Shown here piece by piece: positions 56,277-64,000 of a DNA stretch of 64,000 bases; position 1 is the first letter of the stretch, and each line of letters starts with the position of its first letter. The translations under genes were made by a program, and so were the position numbers. Under the pieces are notes generated by a model, which saw nothing but the letters and a program-made list of their open reading frames with translations, made no database searches and was not told the DNA's origin. Location of the stretch: contig OZ024749.1 in NCBI GenBank assembly GCA_964016885.1, positions 17,112,001-17,176,000 of the forward strand, read 5' to 3'. Source of the stretch: Eledone cirrhosa. Taxonomy: Eukaryota.

Positions 56277-56823
56277 GGCCTTTGCCAGGCGTCTTCGCCC
56301 AGGCGCCTTCGCCTGGCAACCAAACGGTAACTAATAACTTTGCTTCATTCTTTCATCTATTCATTGACATGTCAACTATACTGTTCTATATATCCACAAA
56401 CTGTTAATTAAATATTATACACACAAACCACCTCTCCTGTTATACTTATACAACCCAGTATTTTGTTAGAAGTATAACAGGAGAGGTGGTTTGTGTGTAT
56501 AATATTTAATTAACAGGTTGTGGATATATAGAACAGTATAGCTGACATGTCAATGAATAGATGAAAGAATGAAGCAAAGTTATTAGTTACCGTTTGGTTG
56601 CCAGGCGAACGCGCCTGGGCGAAGACGCCTGGCAAGGGCCAGGAGCCGAAAAGGCAAATGAGAGAAAGGGAGCCGAAAGCTATTCGTTTTATAGGGCTCT
56701 GCCGGAAGTGATAAAAAGGGTTCCATCACCCCAACGGGAAGCAACTCCAACTACTTCCTGTCTAGAGAGCGTTAATCTATTGGTGATGTGAGTGTCACAA
56801 CAAGGGAGGCAACTCCTGCTACA
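56277..56823 (-). mobile_element. LTR of the 46945 family with a fold-back duplication of its 3' half
   Basis: ~56465-56823 is an inverted LTR ending GCTACA; 56277-56455 mirrors ~56466-56640. Confidence 0.75.
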
Positions 56824-57327
56824 CCCCGTTTAAGGTATAAATGGAGTCATAGACTAATATATTATTTAGGAAACTGAATGATTCTCGGCTTTGGAGTTCA
56901 GAATAATGTAAATAAATTAGTTGAACAAAAATGACAGAGGTTATTAAAATATAAAAGTAATAATAATTAAATATATACATACACACATTTATACACGTGC
57001 ATATGCTAAAACACACACCATGTATGCATATACATGCATGTACACATAAACCCGCGCACACGGACGTAAACCGGTGCGACACATATATCCGCACACGTAC
57101 GAACGTATACACCAAATACACATATACATATATGTTTGTGTGTGTGTATACATATAATTATATACACATATATAAATATACACACATAAATGCGTATAGA
57201 ACGCACACTCACACATACCTACAGGTAAATACACATATGTTCACCAGACGTACATATACACACCATACATACGTGCAAACACACATACACACTCTTACTT
57301 ACCAATATATACATACATATATGTGTG

Positions 57328-57399
<72 letters not shown>

Positions 57400-57449
57400 A
57401 ATGAAGTAATTCCGTCGGAAAAGTCCAGGAAAAAAGAGTGCTCTATGTG

Positions 57450-57513
<64 letters not shown>

Positions 57514-57672
57514 TGCCCCCTCGTTATTGAGTATGGCCATTGCACGAGGAGAAAAAAAAAATTAATAAATAAATAAAAAATTAAATTAAAATAAAAAAAA
57601 GAAATATATATATATATATATATATATACATACATACACACATACACACACACACACACACACATTAATAAC

Positions 57673-57704
<32 letters not shown>

Positions 57705-57752
57705 CAATAATAATATACATATACATATACACACACACGCACACGATAGCAA

Positions 57753-59819
57753 CTAACAGCGCTGCGATCGAATGTGGCTTTTTAGCCCAGCCAATGATCT
57801 AAAATGTCTTGCACAGAGTCGGCAACCAAAACATTCACTGGGAATAGTCGGCTGTGGTTGGAGTTCGTGTACTTTTGCATGTCGCTTGAGCCCTCCTGCT
57901 GATTTACATTCTCTACCACATGTTTGGCAAGCATGATGAGTAGCATCTCCAACAGCAACCTGGTAGTCAACCACTGGTCTTACTTTATGACTGCGAAGAT
58001 GACTTTCGAGTCCAGCTTTGCTTAGGCAGAGTCTCGCACAGACGCTGCATGTCAGCACCATAGGAGGACCCTCGCCGTCTGGAAGTGCAACAGCAATGCC
58101 CTTCCTCACATCCCGCTTTACTTTCTCGTATGCGATTCGAGATGCCTCAAAGGCAACTTTTCCCTCATATACAGTCTTTCTCCATTTATTACGATCAGCA
58201 GCAATATTTTCCCATGTATCAGCAGAGATGTTAGCGTCTTTCAGAGAGGCTTTCAAGGAATCCTTATACCTCTTTTTTGGTTTATGTGGCGGTCGTTTTC
58301 CTTTAACCAACTCTCCATAAAAGAGTTGTTTTGGTATTCTAGAATCCTTCATCCTGGCAAGGTGACCACTCCAACGGAGTCGTTGCTTAAGCACAAGAGC
58401 TTCTATAATGTCACACATAGAGCTTTCCAAAATCTCGACATCACTGATGTGGTCCCTCCAGTGAACGCCATGGATCCGTCTGAGACACATCTGATGGAAA
58501 CGCTCCAATTGCTTAAGGTGGTGTCGATATGTGACCCAGGTCTCGCAGGCATAAAGAAGACAAGAGAGCACACATGCCCTGTACACCTTTATCTTTGTCC
58601 TCCTGCATATGTCTCGCCGACCCCAGAGTCGCCTTTCTAGCTTTCCGAAAGCATCACTTGCTTTCCTAATCCTAAGTGAGATTTCACTGTCAAGGTTGCC
58701 GTATCGATTGACAGTGCTTCCCAGGTAGAGAAACTGATCAACCACTCCAAGTCGTTTGCCATACACATAGATGTTTGGTTCGGTGTACTGCTTACTAGGG
58801 GCAGGTTGGTACATGACGACGGTTTTCTTGAGACTGACAGTCAATCCTAGGGTAGTGCAAGCGTCAGAAAATGCATTCAAAATATGCTGATGCTGCATAT
58901 CACTCTCTGTGTGCGCTACAAGATCGCAATCATCTGCATACAAGAGGTCTCTTATGATTGATGTAAATACTTTTGTCTTCGCAGCAAAGCGCCTGATGTT
59001 AAATATGCTGCTTGAGGTTCGATATCGGATGTAAACACCATGCTCGCAATTCCTGAATGCAATACAGAAAACCATTGCAAAGTATATGGCAAACAGAGTC
59101 GGTGCTGGAATATCCCCCTGTTTCACTCCATTTTTTACTGAGATGGGCTCCGACATGTTACCTCCGACATTAACCCAAGCCTTCATGTCAACATGGAAAG
59201 ACCTAACTAAAGCAAGGAACTTATCAAGGCAACCAAGTTTTTGGAGAACCTTCCATAATGCATCTCTGTTAACAGTATCGAAAGCTTTTGTCAGATCGAC
59301 AAAAACCTGATACAGATCCAAGCCTTGTTCCATGCACTTCTCCTGGAGCTGTCTAGCTGAGAAGATCATATCAGTAGTGCCGCGTCCAGCACGAAAACCA
59401 GATTGACTTTCAGGAAGAACACAATCTGCAATGTGTGTCAGCAGATGGTCCAGAAGCACCCTACATAAAACTTTCCCTACGACAGAAAGCAATGATATAC
59501 CTCTGTAGTTCCCACAATCATTCCTGTTACCCTTTCCCTTGTACAAGACCACCATTACTGCATCTCTCCAGTCCTCAGGTACGGATTCATTAGCCCATCT
59601 CCTGCCAAACAAAGAGTTAAGATGTTGCAGGAGTCTCTCACCACCATATTGTAGGAGCTCAGCATGTATGCCATCCATACCTGGAGATCTTCCACTGTTC
59701 AGCTTCGAAATAGCCATTGCAACCTCCACAAGCGTCGGAGGTTCTGCGAGAGCTACTTTCACAGGACTTTCTGGAATGAGATTGAGGAAATCTTCACTGA
59801 CGACAGACGGCTGATTCAA
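57753..59819 (-). CDS. RTE RT domain plus three C-terminal C2H2 zinc fingers (open 3' part of a disrupted ORF)
   Basis: YRGISLLS, FVDLTKAFDTV, GVKQG, LYADD, YLGS; CxxC..H..H(Q) three times. Confidence 0.88.
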   Translation of the reverse strand: MNQPSVVSEDFLNLIPESPVKVALAEPPTLVEVAMAISKLNSGRSPGMDGIHAELLQYGGERLLQHLNSLFGRRWANESVPEDWRDAVMVVLYKGKGNRNDCGNYRGISLLSVVGKVLCRVLLDHLLTHIADCVLPESQSGFRAGRGTTDMIFSARQLQEKCMEQGLDLYQVFVDLTKAFDTVNRDALWKVLQKLGCLDKFLALVRSFHVDMKAWVNVGGNMSEPISVKNGVKQGDIPAPTLFAIYFAMVFCIAFRNCEHGVYIRYRTSSSIFNIRRFAAKTKVFTSIIRDLLYADDCDLVAHTESDMQHQHILNAFSDACTTLGLTVSLKKTVVMYQPAPSKQYTEPNIYVYGKRLGVVDQFLYLGSTVNRYGNLDSEISLRIRKASDAFGKLERRLWGRRDICRRTKIKVYRACVLSCLLYACETWVTYRHHLKQLERFHQMCLRRIHGVHWRDHISDVEILESSMCDIIEALVLKQRLRWSGHLARMKDSRIPKQLFYGELVKGKRPPHKPKKRYKDSLKASLKDANISADTWENIAADRNKWRKTVYEGKVAFEASRIAYEKVKRDVRKGIAVALPDGEGPPMVLTCSVCARLCLSKAGLESHLRSHKVRPVVDYQVAVGDATHHACQTCGRECKSAGGLKRHAKVHELQPQPTIPSECFGCRLCARHFRSLAGLKSHIRSQRC

Positions 59820-60092
59820 AAGATCATCAAAGTGCTCTCGCCACTTTCGTAGAATTCCTTGTGAGTCACGAAGAAGCTATTTGCCATCCTTGCTGCGAAG
59901 CGGTGTCACCAGAGAAGAAGACGGTCCATAAACCTCACGCAAGAGACTGTACAACAGCTTTGTGTTATTGGAATCTGACGCAGTTTGTATCTCACCAGCC
60001 TTCTCACTCCACCACTGATCCTTCATCTGAGAAAGACTCCGCCTAACACGTAATTATACATCCCTGAGTTCCTCAAACAACGTATTCCTCTC

Positions 60093-61200
60093 CTATGGTT
60101 TTGCCGTCAAGTAGCGTGACAGAGCACGCCTCTCATCAGCCAACAAGCCTTCTATATGTACTTCATTCTCATTAAACCAGTCCTGATGTTTTCTCTGCAC
60201 CAATCCCAGAACACGCCTGCCTACATCATAAACCGACTTTTTAAGGGTCGGCCAATCCTCACCAAGATCTGCAGCCTGCATCTCTTCTTCCAATGTCCTC
60301 TTCACATTTTTATCCTTAAGACGAACAGCATTCAATCTTTTGGGCAGGGCAACACCAGGAGCCCGGATTTTACGTATAGTGATTAGTTTCACTTTTGCGC
60401 GTACCAGGCGGTGGTCCGTCCAGCACTCAGCTCCACGAAGAGCACGAACACACTGCACATCCTGTCTGTCACGCATCCTGACTAGGACGTAGTCCAAAAG
60501 ATGCCATTCCTTAGATGCAGGATGCATCCATGTGGTCTTGAATTTGTTCTTTTGTTGGAACATGGTGTTGGTAACACACAGATCCAGCTCCTCACACATC
60601 TACAGCAGGAGCATACCATTGTTGTTACTCTTTCCCACCCCATGCCTTCCGATTACATTCCATGTGTTAAAATCCCTACCCACTCTAGCATTAAAGTCAC
60701 CAAGCACGATGACTTTGTCTGCCTGAGGGATATTTCTTAAATCACCTTTCAAGGCATGGTAAAAGGACACTTTTTCTTCATCGACAGAATTCATAGTTGG
60801 AGCATACACACTCACCAGGGTAGCATATCTTCCTTTGTCCAGCGGAACTCTCATGGACATAAGACGCTCACTAATCCCTACTAGGATTTCTTCTAATTTA
60901 TTCACAAGTACAGTCTTAACAGCAAATCCTACCCCAGCCTCTCTTCTGGTTCCTTCATCTCTTCCTTTCCAGAAGAATGTATATTCTCCACAAAATTCTG
61001 TAAGATGACCATCTCCAGCTAACCTCGTCTCAGATAAAGCCACGATGTCAAGATCGTAACGTCGAAGCTCCTTTGCAACAAGAGCGGTCCTTCGTTCAGG
61101 ACGCTCCAAGGAATCCCTGTCAAGAAGCGTCCGTACGTTCCAGCAGCCAGGACTAAATGCCTTGTTTGGCTCTATTACAATGGCACGATGACGAGCGGGC
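60093..61200 (-). pseudogene. RTE apurinic endonuclease domain (in-frame stop at 60600-60602)
   Basis: ORF-track fragments 60600-61304 and 60093-60599. Confidence 0.88.
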
Positions 61201-61360
61201 CCAGGCTGTGATAACCTGGGGCCCCTGCCCTTATTGCCAATGATCTTTTTTGTTCCAGAACCTAAATTGCCAATTATCTCTTTTATATTGTTCTGGAACA
61301 TCATTGAAATGGAAAAAAAAAAAAAAAAGTAATAATAATAGTAATAATAATAATAATAAT

Positions 61361-61547
61361 TGTTTCTACGTTAGGCACAAGGCCAGCAATTACCCAGTGT
61401 ATTACTGGTACTTCATTTTATCGACCCCGTAAGGATGAAAGGCAAAGTTAACCTCGGCGGGATTTGAACTCAGAATGGCAAGGGCCGTAACTCTATGCGT
61501 CAAAGCATGGCGTCCGACCCTCTACCGATACTGCCAATCCACTGCCT
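61361..61547 (-). mobile_element. Full-length tRNA-derived SINE in (AAT)n
   Basis: Reverse complement of the 34787 family. Confidence 0.88.
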
Positions 61548-61569
61548 TCTAATAATAATAATAATAATG

Positions 61570-64000
61570 ATTTCATTTATTATCTACAAGGGCCGACATG
61601 TAGGGGACAATACAAAGACAGGGACAGTGGGGGTTTACAATAAGGTCGAGTAAAAGTGCACAATGGCAAGACTAATATAACAATGAAAATATAAAAATAT
61701 AAAATAAACTATGCATAAATATAACAAAATAAATTCCCGATAGGGAGTGGACGACCCTGGGGTGATTCGGGTACCCCACCAATCCTGAACCACCCTGCGC
61801 TTCTAGGGCACCCAGGGAGAGTACCCCTTTCCTCAAGTTAGCCAGCCTATAGGCGCATGGTCAGAGTAGGCCCATTCACACGAGCCATTCTCGCCACATT
61901 CACCCACCTTTTAGCAAATGTACTGGGGGGCAGGACTTCTCTCTCTCTCCACCCTCACCTTCCTTTCCAGGTGAAACTTGAAGAAGTTGATGAGGGATTG
62001 GCCGAAGAGAAAAGTGTCTGTCTTTTGTCCTTTCTACCTGGTCCACCATATAATCTCTTTCGCAACTGCCACCAGACAGAGGAAAATTTCCTGCTCTTCC
62101 TGACCTAAGGAAGGCGGTGGATCGATCTTCACTATGGACTCGGCCGATAGCCGGATTCGTTCTACATGCGACAGTAGCTGTTCGACATAACTCCACAAGT
62201 CAGTAATGCACGGACATTGGACAAGTGCGTGCAGAACGGTTTCGTCGTTCTGTGCGCATCTTGGGCAGATCCGTCTGACAGCACTTCCGTACCTGTAGAG
62301 TTTATCCCGAACCGGCAGTGCCCCCCGGTAGAACTGCCAAGCGAGGGATTTCTGGAAATTGTCCATCGTCCCCGGCTCAAAAGTCCTCCGGTACAGACTG
62401 GTCAGTTCGACTTCGTCGAGGCCCAAAGCTTCTCCGATTGCGTCATCGCACTTGCCCACCACTAATCCTCTATAGAACTCGAGAGTGGAAGTTCCACTGA
62501 TCGCATTGCCCGCTTGGTAGAGGGCAGTGAGTGCCTGGCAACATTCCAGGTGCCAGTCACCCAGTCTCGGTCTCTTCTTGACCCAGGACTGCAGCTCAGT
62601 CAAAGAAATGAGCTGCGGAAAGGCCCGTCTGATAAACGGCGACCACACCTGTTCACCGTTGAGGCAGAATATCTGGAGATGTCACAGCTTCAACACATGT
62701 CTGCGCATCATTAGCCACGGCATGCCCAGCCCTCCGCGTAGAGGGTGCTGGCAGCAGATGGACCGCCTCACCAACGGAACTTGTCCCCTCCACAAGAATT
62801 TGAAGAAGAGCCGTTCCAGCTTGACGAGGCGCGGACGGGGGCAAGGCACGACGGTCAGGCGGTAGTAGATGACGGACGCGATGCACGCATTCGCCACCTC
62901 CGCGCGACCTTTCAGTGATAGCTTCCTCCCAGCCCATTTTTGGGTGAGACTGGCTACTCTGCTCGTTACCTCGTCCCAAACCCCGAGCAACTTTACCGGT
63001 CCGTCCGTCCAGCGCCCACGACGCTGTTGGACGGCATGGGCTTGCCTCTCCAGGTTCCGAGCTGCAAGCCCACCGACTTTTCCGGGTTAAGTTTGGCTCC
63101 TGTCAACCTTTCATATTCCTTCAATAAGGTGCCGACCACCTCGATTTCTGAGGTGTTCGACACCATCACGGTGATGTCGTCCGCATAAGCCGACACCGCC
63201 TTTCCACGTCCCGGTTCGAGCGGGATGCCCTGCAACAGCTCCAGCTTCCGCAGTAAAGGCTCGAGAGTCAATACGTACAGAAGGGAAGAGAGAGGGCACC
63301 CTTGACGGACCGATCGGGAGAGCCGAAATGGTTCCGAGAGGTGGCCATTAACCTTGACCACCGAGCATGTGTCGCTGTGCATTGAAATGATCCAGCTGCT
63401 AAAGACGGCCGAAGCCAGCTGCTTTGAGGACAAACTCCAGATACCGATGGTCCACCCTATCGAATGCTTTCGATTGATCTAAATTGATCAGTGCCCCACC
63501 AAAGCCAGGTTTACACCCTACCCTCTCTATGATGTATCGCATGAGGTGGAGATTGTCGTGTATGGACCTGGCTGGGATTGCGCAAGTTTGCGCCTCCCCA
63601 ACCAAATCCTCGACGACAAGCGCCAATCTCTTTGCTAACACCTTGGCCAAAATCTTAAACTCTGTGTTGAGCAGAGTTATGGGCCTGAAGTTGTCTAATG
63701 TATCCCTCTTGTTCTCGTCTTTCCTTATCAGCGTCACCACTCCCCTGCTCACAGAACTGGGAATACTCCCATTCTGCTGCCAGTTGCATTAGAGTGCTTC
63801 GAGGAGTTCGGAGAACAAGTCTGGCATATTTACGTAAAGCTCGTAGGGCAGGCCATCCAAACCGGGTGACTTGCGCCTCATGCAGCCGAAAAGGGCGTCC
63901 TGAATTTCGGCTGAAGTAATCAGCCTTTCGCAGCGCTCAGCGTCGACCGTCGAGATGCGCGGCAAGCCGTCAAGGTAGGGACTGAAATCCGCTACTCTCT
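61570..64000 (-). mobile_element. Tx1/L1-clade LINE ORF2 (frameshifted), running off the window end
   Basis: NFRPITLLNTEFKILAK, LDQSKAFDRVDH, VRQGCPLS, AYADD, CPRC..ETVLHALVQC; AATAAA near the 3' end. Confidence 0.9.

Larger units (their letters stand above)
57507..61300 (-). mobile_element. RTE (BovB-like) LINE, near full length, disrupted
   Basis: APE motifs CWNVRTLLD, PERRTALVA, ALSETR, VYAPT, LGDFNARVG, LLDY, TDH; RT; 3' hairpin end abutting (TA)n. Confidence 0.92.

Overview
This is a gene-free, very AT- and microsatellite-rich animal region. The (TA)n sea and SINE types suggest an octopod cephalopod (inference). Almost all short 'IYIYIY' ORFs are microsatellite noise. The window is a nest of mobile elements. 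Penelope-like elements (PLEs) of several clades are present: Naiad, Penelope/Poseidon, Neptune and probably Nematis. It also holds an RTE LINE with a non-autonomous derivative, Tx1/L1 and CR1-like LINEs, a Rep-less Helitron, a non-autonomous LTR element, solo LTRs and tRNA-derived SINEs. The main signal is RNA-structural: more than 25 type I hammerhead ribozyme (HHR) motifs in about 7 sequence families. Two stand out. (i) A ~4 kb, nearly homogeneous array of 310/314-bp non-coding, highly self-complementary monomers carries one HHR per unit and looks like a non-LTR retrozyme/circRNA (28915-32885). (ii) An HHR with a >100-nt stem II occurs in six Naiad 3' ends. Many HHR-bearing inserts share one architecture: a head-to-head inversion, up to a 9.6 kb spacer-less palindrome, usually inside (TA)n. 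Independent copies end at identical TA-like microhomologies. All structures were read by eye; none were computed.
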